Source: Dehalococcoidia bacterium
GTDB lineage: Bacteria > Chloroflexota > Dehalococcoidia > Lucifugimonadales > UBA3495
Length of the DNA stretch: 64,000 nucleotides
Direction: 5' to 3'
NCBI GenBank assembly: GCA_965197655.1
Contig: OZ240220.1
Location: forward strand, 804,412-868,411
Shown: positions 27,993 through 37,455 of the stretch, one piece after another
Layout: each line of letters begins with the position of its first letter
How positions within the stretch are numbered: the first letter of the stretch is position 1
The notes under the pieces: model-generated
The model's database searches: none
Seen by the model: only the letters and a program-made list of their open reading frames with translations
Told to the model about the DNA's origin: nothing
Position numbers and translations under genes: made by a program

Positions 27993-28295
27993 ATGCGCGT
28001 CCTAACCCCAATCAAAGCAACCGCTAACAGCGGGGCCCGCGTCATGCTTCCCCCGAACTCATCGAAGCAGTGGGTGCCTTCAACCAGTAACTGGTCAACG
28101 CCGGTATTATGCAGGGCGGCGAGGGTCTTAGGCCATCGTCCCAGGGCAAGCGGTTGGCCTTTGACGGGGCAAGTCGCACCGTCATTGACGGCCCCTTTCC
28201 CGCCACCGCCGAGTTGGAGGTCGGCTTCTGGCTATGGGAAGTTAGGGGCCCTGAGTAAGGCCGTCGAGTGGGTGAAGCGCTGCCCTAACTTCTGA
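27993..28295 (+). pseudogene. decayed YciI/DGPF-type (YCII-related) gene
   Basis: The family-like sequence is spread over two frames. It begins MRVLTPIKATANSGARVM, shifts to ELIEAVGAFNQ*LVNAGIMQGGEGLRPSSQGKRLAFDGASRTVIDGPFPATAELEVGFWLWEV, then shifts back to AVEWVKRCPNF*. That is at least 2 frameshifts, 1 internal stop and a truncated C-terminus. Confidence 0.6.
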
Positions 28296-28376
28296 ACTCA
28301 GGGAAAAGGAAGCACGAATCTGGTAGAATGTAGCGGGTAACTGAGGGGTCCCTTTTCTCCCGATAATGGATTCAGA

Positions 28377-28434
28377 GGGAGAGCACCTGCTTTGCAAGCA
28401 GGGGGTCAGGGGTTCGAATCCCCTCACCTCCACC
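28377..28434 (+). repeat. 58-bp direct repeat, copy 2 (orphan 3' part of tRNA-Ala; putative attR)
   Basis: Identical to 26275..26332. This copy is followed by A, giving an encoded CCA. There is no tRNA 5' half upstream. Confidence 0.9.
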
Positions 28435-28540
28435 ACAAATCTGTGGTTGGACACCCGGGTTGCGCTACCAGGACTGGAAGACCGGTCTAGCTGCGAAACG
28501 TACCGGACTCCCCCCTCAAACTTAACAGCAGGAGGAAACG

Positions 28541-29566
28541 ATGCCTTACTTAATGTACGTTGCTCTGCAAGAGGATGACCAGATTTCGGTTTTTGACCTA
28601 GACCCGCAAACTGGAAAGCTATCTCCTCAGGTTGAGGTATCCGTACCCGGCGGGCCATTCACCCTGGCAATCAGCCCGGACCGGAAGTTTCTTTACGCGG
28701 GCTGCCGCGACACGCCTCAGATAACCAGCTTCGAGGTTGACCAGGCCAGCGGGAGACTAACCCGGAACGGGAATGTGTCGCTGGAAGCTAATCCCACTTT
28801 CATTTCCACTGACCGCCGCGGCAAGTTTGTGCTGTCGGCCTATTACCAGGGCGCCCATGTGGGCGTGCATCCGATAGGAGATGATGGCTCGGTGGGCGGC
28901 CAACCTATTGAATGGCTGGAAACGGCCACCGGCGCCCACGCAATGCAGGCTGACCCGACCAATACCTACGCTTTTGTGCCGCATATTGCCGGCAATGGCC
29001 CCAACGCCATCTTTCAGTTCAGGTTCGACCAGGACACCGGCCAGATAACCCCGAATACGCCAGCCAGAGTGGAGTTGGAAGAGTTCTTAGGCCCGCGCCA
29101 CTTTTGCTTTCACCCGTCCCTGGACATCCTCTACTTTTCCAACGAGCAGGGTTGCAGCGTGAGCGGCTATAACCTGGATACTGCCTCGGGAACGCTTTCT
29201 CTCTATCAGACCATAACCACCCTGCCCGAGGAGGGTTTCGCGGAGCGGAATAGCTGCTCCCAGATTCAGGTCTCGGCGTCGGGAAGGTTCCTTTACGCTC
29301 CCAACCGGGGACATAACAGCATCGCCTGCTTTTCGGTAGATACGGCCACGGGACAATTGACTTCCAACGGCATTGTTGCCTCTGAACCGATACCCAACGC
29401 CTTGTGCCTGGACCCCCAGGAGAAGTTTCTCTTCTCCGCCGGGCAGGAATCGGGCCGCATGGCATCCTTTAGCATCAACCCGGACACCGGGCAGTTGACG
29501 CCGTTGGAGACTTATCCCCTGGGCAACCGGCCGGCTTGGGTGTCGATTATAGAATTGCCCGGATAA
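28541..29566 (+). CDS. lactonase family 7-bladed beta-propeller protein (6-phosphogluconolactonase-like)
   Basis: MPYLMYVALQEDDQISVFDLDPQTGKL... with repeated FLYA/NRGHNSI blade motifs. Confidence 0.85.
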   Translation: MPYLMYVALQEDDQISVFDLDPQTGKLSPQVEVSVPGGPFTLAISPDRKFLYAGCRDTPQITSFEVDQASGRLTRNGNVSLEANPTFISTDRRGKFVLSAYYQGAHVGVHPIGDDGSVGGQPIEWLETATGAHAMQADPTNTYAFVPHIAGNGPNAIFQFRFDQDTGQITPNTPARVELEEFLGPRHFCFHPSLDILYFSNEQGCSVSGYNLDTASGTLSLYQTITTLPEEGFAERNSCSQIQVSASGRFLYAPNRGHNSIACFSVDTATGQLTSNGIVASEPIPNALCLDPQEKFLFSAGQESGRMASFSINPDTGQLTPLETYPLGNRPAWVSIIELPG

Positions 29567-29755
29567 CCGGCACGGCGTACAGGGTGAACCAGCCGCTGGG
29601 AAGTTGGAAGTTTGTAATACAACACCACTTATGATTAAGGAATCGGGTTAGGTAGCCAACTCAGGGAGGCAATTCTGGCGACTACGGCAGCTTCGCGGAA
29701 TGTTAGCTACGAGGCGCAGGAGAGTCCGCCTTTACTGGCTTCGCTCGGCTATGGC

Positions 29756-31418
29756 TTGCAGTTCAGCCTCATCGCCTCGGCCACCCTGCTGGTAACGCCG
29801 GTGATTGTGGCTAAAGCGTCAGGGAGGGACGATTCTTACCTGGTGTGGATGGTGTTCGCCTCGCTGATTGTCGTGGGCGTGTCCACTTTGATTCAGGTGC
29901 GACGGTTGGGGCCGGTTGGGGCCGGAGCCGGTTTGCCCATGTTTACGGCTGCCTTCTCCATCCCCTTCTGCATCACGGCGCTGGTGGACGGGGGGCCGGC
30001 AACCCTGACGACTTTGGTGCTCGTCTCGGCGGCGGCTCAACTCGTCATCTCCAAATGGCTGTTCATTCTGCGGAGAATCGTCACGCCAACCGTGGGCGGC
30101 ACCGTGATGATGATACTTTCCATAACCCTGGCTTCCGTGGTCTTTGGTCTGTTGGACGGGGCAGCGAAAGCCGAGCCGGTGGCGGCGCCTTTGACTGCGC
30201 TGGCTACCCTGGGCATTGTCGCCGCGCTGGCCCTGCGCGGGTCGGCGCTGCTGCGTCTCTGGGGCCGGTAATCGGCATTGTCGGCGGTTGCCTGGTTGCT
30301 GCCGCACTCGGAATCTACAACATCGCCCCGGCGCTGCAAGCCCCTTGGGTGGGACTGCCCAGCGCCTGGCCCGGTTTGGGACGCGACTTCGGCATTCCCT
30401 TCTGGACGCTGCTTCCGGCCTTCCTTTTCCTCGGTGTAATCATCTCCATACAAGCCAACGGCGAAGCCATTGCCTTGCAGCGGGTCGCCTGGCGGGATGA
30501 CCGGGCCGTGGACTTTCGGCAGGTTCAGCGGACGCTGTTGGGCGCCGGCGTGTCTAATCTGTTGGCCGGCCTGGCCGGGGCGGTGCCCAACATCATCAAT
30601 CCGGGCATCGTGTCATTTACGCAGCTAACCGGCGTGGCGGCGCGCCGGGTTGGCTACTGCATCGGCTGCGCCTTTATCGTGGGGGCCTTTCTGCCCAAGG
30701 TGTCCGGGCTGCTCAGCACCATACCCGGGCCGGTAATGACCGGATACCTCATCCTGGTGACGGGAACCCTGTTTGTTGACGGTGCGCGGACCATCATCCA
30801 AGCCGAACCGAACCGGCAAAAGATTGTGATTGCGGGAGTCTGTTTCTGGATTGGCGCGGCTTTCCAGTTCGGGCTGTTCACCCTGCCCAACCTCGGCGCA
30901 GTGGTGGGAGCGTTGTTCAAGAGCGGTATAACCACCGGGGGATTCGCCGCAATAATGATGATTCTATATCTGGAGCTTACCAACCCGCGCCGTATGCGTT
31001 TTCAAGCCCGGCTCCACATAGACGCCTTGCCGGAACTCAACGAGTTCATCGCCCGGTTCGCCAACCGCCGCGGCTGGGAGCTGCGATGCAAGAGCGGCTG
31101 AGCGCAGTTGCCGAGGAAACGCTCCTGACCCTGGCGCCGCTTAATCTGGAAGGAGACTTGGAGGAAGAAGACGCTGAACAAATCGGCCGCCTGGTAGTCT
31201 TGGCCTCCAGCGAAGGCCCGATCGCCGACCTGGAGTTTATCGGCGGGGGCAATGAAGAGAACATCGAGGACCAGGTCCGGCAACTTCAGCAGCACGCCCC
31301 GGAATCCCCGGTAGAGAATGAAATCTCCCTCCGCCTGCTGCGGAGCTTCGCCTTGTCGGTGCGGCACCAGCAGTATCAAGGCACTGATATAATTGCAGTC
31401 CGGGTTGCGCCGCCGTAA
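29756..31418 (+). pseudogene. NCS2 (xanthine/uracil) family permease with C-terminal anti-sigma/HATPase-like domain, split over three frames
   Basis: Permease-like sequence continues from ORF 29756..30271 into ORF 29845..31101 (...ALLRLWG|PVIGIVGGCLVAAALG...), with a 1-nt shift near 30260-30270. It appears to continue again into ORF 31086..31418 (...FANRRGW|GAAMQERLSAVAEETLLTL...). The N-terminal homology region (VSYEAQESPPLLASLGYGLQF) has no ATG/GTG/TTG start upstream of it. Confidence 0.55.
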
Positions 31419-31804
31419 ACAAGGTAGGTACTCGGCAGTCACCTCGATGCCCGGATGCGCGCCACCGGAGGTTTGTCGTCACCCTCAATTGTTTCCAACA
31501 CTTTTCCGATTAGCTTACTGAGACACTCCCGTTGAAGGAGTGGTTTTCCTTGCTGACTGGCTTGCCTCCCTCATTATCCAAACTCCCGCACCCGGCAACC
31601 TGGTAAGCGTTGTCATTTGTTTTACCGCCGCCTCCGCAACGCCATTGTAAACCGGGCAATCGCATCAGGCCGAAGAACGACGGGTTTCCCCGATTCCAAA
31701 TGCGATTGCCCCTGCCTTTGTAACCTTCCCGTAACAAAGCATTAACGAATTGTTGCTATACTCTTCCGTGGATTAAAAGATAAGAGGAACGGAAGAAGTA
31801 GATT

Positions 31805-33184
31805 ATGCTGCCGACACTAGCGCTCAATGAAAAGACTTACAGCGAATATCTTGCCGCGGACGGCTCATTGCATCCCAGTTATCGGGAAGCCCTGACCGCC
31901 ATTGACGGCATGGGCGTTGCCGGGCTGCGGGATATTTGGCGGCAGGGCAAGCGAGAGGCCGCCCTCGACGCCGTGTCCTTCCTGCTTGACCCCAATGCCT
32001 TTCGGCCCATCCCCACCGACTGGATACCCCGAATCATTCCCAAGGCCGAATGGGACGTTATCAGCGCCGGCGTAGAGCAGCGGCTCAAGGCCTTAAATCT
32101 GTTTCTGCTGGACCTCTACACCGGCGAGCAGAAGGTCGTCCCGGAGGACGTTATCTACTCCTGCCAGTATTTCTACCCGGAGTACCAGGGCTTTCACCCG
32201 GCAAAGGATACTTTCGTTCACATTTACGGCATTGACCTGGTCCACCTGAAGGACGGGCGGTATGTGATCCTGGAGGATAATTTGCGGATTCCTTCCGGGA
32301 TTTCCTACCAGCTCAAATCCGTCGAAATGGCAAAAAGCCTGATGCCGGAGTTGGCGGCGGCCTACGACGTCGTTCCCTACGACATAAAGGCAACTTACCT
32401 GGACCTGTTCACCTCCCTCTGCGACGTCGACAACCCGGTCTGCGTCCTCCTGACCGACAGCAAGTTCGGGGCGGCGTTCTTTGAACACCGCTACCTGGCC
32501 GAGTTGCTGGGTATTCCCCTGGTGGAAGGCTCGGACTTGTATGTCGGCTACGACGGCCGGGTGATGGTCAAGGCCCTGGACGGCGACGTGGCGGTGGACC
32601 TCATCTACCGCCGGGTAGAAGACCTGGAGATTTTCGTTCCCGGCCTGACCGAGGCTTACCTGCAAGGTAAAGTCGTGATGGTTAACGGGATGGGCACCAG
32701 CGCCGCCGATGACAAGCTGGTCTTTATGTGGGTACCGGAGATGATTCGCCACTACCTGGGCGAGGAGCCGATATTGGAACAAGCGGTCAGCTACGATTTG
32801 CAGGACGACGAAAGCTGGAAGTACGTGCTGGATAATCTGGACAAGATGGTGGTAAAGACTCGCCAGGGCTACGGCGGAATGGGCGTTTACGTTATGCCCG
32901 ATTTGGGCGGGGACTACCGCACTAATCTGGCGCGGAGTATCATTGAAGAACCCAGGGTGTTCATCGCCCAGGAAACCCTGGATTTTTCCAGGCATTTGAT
33001 CTTTGATGATGAAACCGGAGAGTTCGAGGAGCGTTACATCGACCTGCGGGTGTTCGCCGTGCAAAACGGGCGCGGCGAGGCTACGGCCTTCCCCGGCGGC
33101 CTGACCCGGGTATCCAAGGCCAACAGTCGCATTACCAATAACTCATCGGGTGGGCTATGCAAACCAACCTGGGTGGTTCGATAA
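31805..33184 (+). CDS. circularly permuted type-2 ATP-grasp protein
   Basis: DGRYVILEDNLRIPSGISY, VVKTRQGYGGMGV and the C-terminal ITNNSSGG are typical of the family. Confidence 0.85.
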   Translation: MLPTLALNEKTYSEYLAADGSLHPSYREALTAIDGMGVAGLRDIWRQGKREAALDAVSFLLDPNAFRPIPTDWIPRIIPKAEWDVISAGVEQRLKALNLFLLDLYTGEQKVVPEDVIYSCQYFYPEYQGFHPAKDTFVHIYGIDLVHLKDGRYVILEDNLRIPSGISYQLKSVEMAKSLMPELAAAYDVVPYDIKATYLDLFTSLCDVDNPVCVLLTDSKFGAAFFEHRYLAELLGIPLVEGSDLYVGYDGRVMVKALDGDVAVDLIYRRVEDLEIFVPGLTEAYLQGKVVMVNGMGTSAADDKLVFMWVPEMIRHYLGEEPILEQAVSYDLQDDESWKYVLDNLDKMVVKTRQGYGGMGVYVMPDLGGDYRTNLARSIIEEPRVFIAQETLDFSRHLIFDDETGEFEERYIDLRVFAVQNGRGEATAFPGGLTRVSKANSRITNNSSGGLCKPTWVVR

Positions 33185-34059
33185 GTGAGGCCGGTATCGT
33201 CGCCAGCTACAGCTATGCGGCCCGATACCACTACACCGATGTGGTGGTGCAAAACGATAATTTCCTGAGGTTGTCGGCTTGTGCCGATACTTATCAAACG
33301 CCCGTGACCGCCTCGGTCATGACCTCGCCCGTCAGCCGTCCCGCCCAATTCCGGGATGCCTACGGCAACATCACCCATCGGGTCAGGGTAACCACTCCTC
33401 ACCAGGAGTTAATCATTCTGGCCATTGGGGTTGTGCGGATAGAACTGCCGCCGGCCTTGCCCGCGGAGGTAGCGATGCGCTCCCTGGTGTTTGACCAGTC
33501 GGTTAATGAGTTTCTGACGCCCACCCCCCTGGTGGACCCGGAAAAGCTGGCCGCTATAGCTCGTGACATCACCTGGGGAGCTGAAGGTCTGTTGGAGTCG
33601 GTGACGCAGATTACCGACTGGGTTTACCGAAATATCAACTACGTGAAGCAAAGCACGACGGTGGCAACTACCGCCGAACACGTCCTGGCCTCTGGCATGG
33701 GTGTTTGCCAGGACAAGGCCCACCTGGCAATGGGATTCCTGAAGGCGCTGGGAATCCCGGCGCGGTACGTGAGTGGCTTGTTGGCGACCCAGGTGGGAGA
33801 AACCCATGCCTGGTTGGAGTTCCTGCATCCCCAACTGGGCTGGCTGCCGGCAGACCCTACCCGGGGCCAGGCGTTGGCCGGAAATGGAGATTTGATTAAG
33901 TTCGCCGTGGGCCGGGACTATACCCAGGCGGCCCCGGTGGAAGGCACCTTTGTCTCCCGGGGTTCCGGTTGGCTGGATACCGCCCTGGCCCAAGTCCAGC
34001 TTGAGGCTGATCTGGTGTCTTTTGACGATGCTCTCAGGTTGATTGAAAATCGGTTCTAA
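33157..34059 (+). CDS. transglutaminase family protein (N-terminal Bact_transglu_N-like plus transglutaminase core)
   Basis: Catalytic-Cys context GMGVCQDKAHLAMGFLKALGIPARYVSG and a downstream HAWLEF. It overlaps the ATP-grasp gene by 28 nt. Confidence 0.85.
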   Translation: MQTNLGGSISEAGIVASYSYAARYHYTDVVVQNDNFLRLSACADTYQTPVTASVMTSPVSRPAQFRDAYGNITHRVRVTTPHQELIILAIGVVRIELPPALPAEVAMRSLVFDQSVNEFLTPTPLVDPEKLAAIARDITWGAEGLLESVTQITDWVYRNINYVKQSTTVATTAEHVLASGMGVCQDKAHLAMGFLKALGIPARYVSGLLATQVGETHAWLEFLHPQLGWLPADPTRGQALAGNGDLIKFAVGRDYTQAAPVEGTFVSRGSGWLDTALAQVQLEADLVSFDDALRLIENRF

Positions 34060-34215
34060 GGATACTCTGAATAAGTCGTACTTGTGCTGTTCACCCCCTA
34101 CTCGTCGTTCCTGCGAAAGCAGGAACCTCTGTACGTAACGTTTTAGGTTCCTGCCTGCGCAGGAACGACAGATAAGTGTAAACATCACGAGTCATGGACT
34201 TATTCAGAGGTTTCC
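34060..34215. repeat. PAL-1 element, CTCTGAATAAGTC module
   Basis: It starts directly after the transglutaminase stop codon and is nearly identical to 22907..23059. Confidence 0.85.
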
Positions 34216-34238
34216 TAAATCGGTGAAGGTGTGTTGCT

Positions 34239-34766
34239 ATGACTGAGCCCAGGTCTTTGACTGCTTCCCAAAGCAGTTGGTTAATTGATTCCCGGGTTTA
34301 CAATCTCATCTGGATGGGCCGGTGGTTGGAGCGGACGGAGCTAATTTCCCGCGCGGTGAACACCGCCGCTCGCCGCGTTCAGCAGACCGGCGGTGATGAA
34401 CCGGAGCTTGTAGATGAGCTTTGTCCCATTGCCGATTTCCTGGGGGCGGCGCTTGCCGACCGAGCCGACGTAGCCAGTGAGATTCTATTGAATAACCCGG
34501 CATCGTCGGCGTTGCAATGCTTGTCCAAAGCCAGAATGAACGCCACCCAGGTTGCGCCGGTGGAGGTGATTCGGGCCATCGCCGCAATCATCCTTGACTT
34601 GGAGGCGGCGGACGCTGACTCCCTCCGATTGCCGGAACAGGTGATAGAAATTACGGCAGGAATCAACTCCGGCCTTGAGGTCGTCTTTAAGGCTATTGAA
34701 GACCGCTGGTTTGGCCGCGAGTCTCTTACCGAGGAAGAGGTCTTTCACCGATCCGTGCAGCAATAG
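34239..34766 (+). CDS. alpha-E domain protein (short, 175 aa)
   Basis: YNLIWMGRWLERTE matches the alpha-E N-terminal signature (YWMGRYLERAE-like). It is roughly half the usual length. Confidence 0.6.
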   Translation: MTEPRSLTASQSSWLIDSRVYNLIWMGRWLERTELISRAVNTAARRVQQTGGDEPELVDELCPIADFLGAALADRADVASEILLNNPASSALQCLSKARMNATQVAPVEVIRAIAAIILDLEAADADSLRLPEQVIEITAGINSGLEVVFKAIEDRWFGRESLTEEEVFHRSVQQ

Positions 34767-34784
34767 CAGCCGGGCAGACTGCCT

Positions 34785-34897
34785 ATCCGTCATTCCTGCG
34801 AAAGCAGGAATCCAGGGGCGTCAGGGGCAGAGGTTCCTGCCGGCGCAGGAACGACGGGTGAAGGCATTAGAGCTTAATGACTTATTCAGGGTATCCC
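34785..34897. repeat. PAL-1 element, chimeric (spacer as in 8972 copy, right arm of CTCTGAATAAGTC module, left outer arm absent)
   Basis: The spacer GGCGTCAGGGGCAGAGG is shared with the 8972..9118 copy. The right flank is GACTTATTCAGGGTATCCC. Confidence 0.75.
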
Positions 34898-34922
34898 CTA
34901 ACATTCTATAAAGGGATGGTTT

Positions 34923-35423
34923 ATGACCACCTACCAATTTGAAGCAACCCTGGAAAGGCCCGATATGCGGGGTGCGTGGACCTTTGTCCGGGCGCCTTTC
35001 AGCGTGGCCGAGGAGTTCGGGGCCAAGGGGCGGGTCGCGGTCAAAGGCGCCATTAACGACGTTCCTTTCCGGTCATCCCTTCTGCCCCAGGGCGACGACG
35101 TGCATATCCTGGTGGTCAACAAGGACTTGCGCGACCGGGCGGGAGTAACCGCCGGGGACAGCGCCAGTTTTGTCTTGGAGCCGGATAAGGAGCCACGAGA
35201 GGCGGAGTTGCCGCCGGAGCTTGCCGCGGCGCTCCAATCAAGCGCCGGGGCCAGCGCCGCCTTTGCGAAACTGTCCTTTTCCCACCAGAAAGAGTACGCC
35301 GACTACGTAAAGGAAGCCAAGCGGCCCGAAACTCGTTTACGCCGTGCCGCCAACTCTGTTGCCCTGTTGCTCGAAGCAGAAGCTATGGGTCTTTCTCCCC
35401 GGTATCGTCGTTTCCGCAGTTGA
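34923..35423 (+). CDS. DUF1905 plus YdeI/OmpD-associated domain protein
   Basis: WTFVRAPFSVAEEFGAKGRVAVKGAINDVPFRSSLLPQGDD and the C-terminal FSHQKEYADYVKEAKRPETRLRR. Confidence 0.8.
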   Translation: MTTYQFEATLERPDMRGAWTFVRAPFSVAEEFGAKGRVAVKGAINDVPFRSSLLPQGDDVHILVVNKDLRDRAGVTAGDSASFVLEPDKEPREAELPPELAAALQSSAGASAAFAKLSFSHQKEYADYVKEAKRPETRLRRAANSVALLLEAEAMGLSPRYRRFRS

Positions 35424-35482
35424 CTGCTGCGATTGCCTTGATTCCGGCGTTGCCGGGTGTAGCAGTTTTTTCAGGAGGTTCT

Positions 35483-35612
35483 CTCTTCATTCCTGCCAAC
35501 CTCCTTGGGCCTTTCGGTTCTCCTCCCCGGGCAACCACCAGGGTTGTTAAGCTTGGGGTGCTATTTTCGTTAGGGGCAACCATGAGGGTTGCCCTCTTCA
35601 TTCCTGCCAACC
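35483..35612. repeat. about 110-bp imperfect direct duplication (CTCTTCATTCCTGCCAACC ... GGGCAACCA..AGGGTTG hairpins)
   Basis: CTCTTCATTCCTGCCAACC occurs at 35483 and 35594. GGGCAACCACCAGGGTTG is at 35529 and GGGGCAACCATGAGGGTTGCCC at 35573. Confidence 0.7.
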
Positions 35613-35659
35613 CCATCAGGCATCGGAAGACCCTTGCCAATTTTATCCTTGTTATCCCA

Positions 35660-35790
35660 GGGCTATCGCACTAGAATTGAAAGCTATCCGTCGTTCCTGC
35701 GCAAGCAGGAACCCCTATCCGCAACATTTTAGGTTCCTGCTTTCGCAGGAACGACGAGAAAGGGGAACCTGCCATCACGTGCGATAGCCC
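35660..35790. repeat. PAL-1 element, GGGCTATCGCA module
   Basis: GGGCTATCGCACTAGAATTGAAAGCTATCCGTCG ... GCCATCACGTGCGATAGCCC. Confidence 0.85.
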
Positions 35791-35915
35791 TCCTTCTTCT
35801 CCCCCTCCTCATTGTACTAATGCTATAGTGTCAGCAACGCCGCCGGCCCCGCTGGCGATTTCTCTTGGTCGTGGGCCGGTATTCCGGTCTGACATCTTTG
35901 GCACAAAGGAACTAA

Positions 35916-37163
35916 ATGGCCCAACTGTTGGCACGTTTTAAGGCAGCTACCCCCCGACTCCCGGCCTTTCAGGCCTTGCGTTACGCTAATTTCCGCTGGT
36001 TCTGGCTCAGCACCGCCGGCCAGGCAATGGCCCAGGGGATGCAGTTTCTAATCCTCGGCTGGCTGGTGCTCGCCCTTACCGACTCAGTTTCCCAACTAGG
36101 GCTGACCGCATTCTTCTATGGCATACCGAACCTGACTCTCGTGCTGTTTGGCGGCATTTTTGCCGACCGCATTAACCGCCAAAAACTCCTCGTAGTATCC
36201 CAAACCGGCGTAACCATAATCATTTTTGCTGTTGCCACCCTGGCTATAACCAATCTGGTGGCCGTCTGGCAGATTTTCGCTGCCTCTTTTCTGCTGGGGA
36301 CGCTTCACGCAATCAATATGCCTACCCGTCTCGCAATGGTGGTAAACCTGGTGGATCGGGATGACATAATGAACGCCGTGGTGCTTAATGCGGCGGTGAT
36401 GAACACCGGGCGGATAGTCGGTCCGGCCCTGGCTGGCGGAATCATCGAGCTGTTGGGCATCGGCCCAGCCCTTTACATCAATGCCGGTTGCTACCTGATG
36501 GCGGCCGGTTGCGTCCTGCTTATCCGCAACTTCGGCCAGGACCGGCCGGCCCGAAAAACGGATATTTTCCGAGACTTGTTGACCGGGCTGGACTACTTTA
36601 TAAAGACGCCGGTGGCGTTTACCGTCATCGGGGTAGGGTTCGCTTTCGGGTTCTTTGGGATGCCCCACGTCCAGGTGATGCCCGCTTTTGCCAAGGAAGT
36701 GCTGGGGGTGGGCGCCGCGGAAGCCGGGCTACTTATCACTGCCGCCGGGTTGGGGTCGTTGCTGGCTAACGTCTTTCTGGCCTTGCTGGGCAACTTCCGC
36801 CGCAAGAACTTGCTGCTAATCGGCTCGGTCTTGCTCTTTGAGCTCAGCCTGTTCCTGTTTGCCTGGTCGCAGTGGTTCTGGCTTTCCTGGGGCATCTTGC
36901 TTTTCGTCGGTGCGGGGAGTATCGGTTACATCTCCCTGGGCACCACGGTGCTGCAACTAACCGTGCCATCGGAGTTGCAGGGTCGGGTGATGAGCTTGTG
37001 GTATGTGTCGGCCGGCCTGATGTTCATTGGCTCCCTGCCAATGGCGGTAGTGGCGGACTTCGTCAGTTGGCCCCTGGCCCTGGCTGGCGGCGCAGTAGTA
37101 AGTTTTGCTTTTACCCTCTGGCTGGCAATCTGGCGCCCGACCCTGCGCCGATTGCAGATTTAG
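35916..37163 (+). CDS. MFS transporter (12 TM, EntS/MFS_3-like)
   Basis: N-terminal FQALRYANFRWFWLSTAGQAMAQGMQFLILGWLV and hydrophobic throughout. Confidence 0.85.
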   Translation: MAQLLARFKAATPRLPAFQALRYANFRWFWLSTAGQAMAQGMQFLILGWLVLALTDSVSQLGLTAFFYGIPNLTLVLFGGIFADRINRQKLLVVSQTGVTIIIFAVATLAITNLVAVWQIFAASFLLGTLHAINMPTRLAMVVNLVDRDDIMNAVVLNAAVMNTGRIVGPALAGGIIELLGIGPALYINAGCYLMAAGCVLLIRNFGQDRPARKTDIFRDLLTGLDYFIKTPVAFTVIGVGFAFGFFGMPHVQVMPAFAKEVLGVGAAEAGLLITAAGLGSLLANVFLALLGNFRRKNLLLIGSVLLFELSLFLFAWSQWFWLSWGILLFVGAGSIGYISLGTTVLQLTVPSELQGRVMSLWYVSAGLMFIGSLPMAVVADFVSWPLALAGGAVVSFAFTLWLAIWRPTLRRLQI

Positions 37164-37313
37164 GAATACTCTGATTAAGTCATTAAACTCTGGCGCTTTC
37201 ACCCGTCGTTCCTGCGAAAGCAGGAACCTCAAACGTTGTGGACAGAGGTTCCTGCTTGCGCAGGAACGACGGGTAGGTGTAAACAGCACAAGCCACGGAC
37301 TCATTCAGAGGTT
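37163..37313. repeat. PAL-1 element, CTCTGA(A/T)TAAGTC module
   Basis: It starts at the MFS stop codon and lies between convergent genes. Confidence 0.85.
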
Positions 37314-37455
37314 ACTTAGGGCGGAGGTAGAGATTCAGCCGCAGTTTTGCCCGTAGGCTGCCGGCGTAATAGGAAATCCAAGCTCGAAGCTGCCACACAA
37401 CCCGACCAAGGCCAATCCGCTCAACAGTACCGGCGCTCACTCGTTTATTACAAAG

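Larger units (their letters stand above)
26333..28376. mobile_element. tRNA-Ala-associated genomic islet or integrated-element remnant (no integrase present)
   Basis: It is bounded by the 58-bp direct repeats of the tRNA 3' part. Hand-counted 60-nt lines in the interior give about 42% G+C, against about 65% in the flanking genes. Confidence 0.6.

Noticed and set aside
28242-28658. 138-aa minus-strand ORF
   Set aside because: It spans the orphan tRNA-Ala fragment and the start of the lactonase gene and has no motifs.
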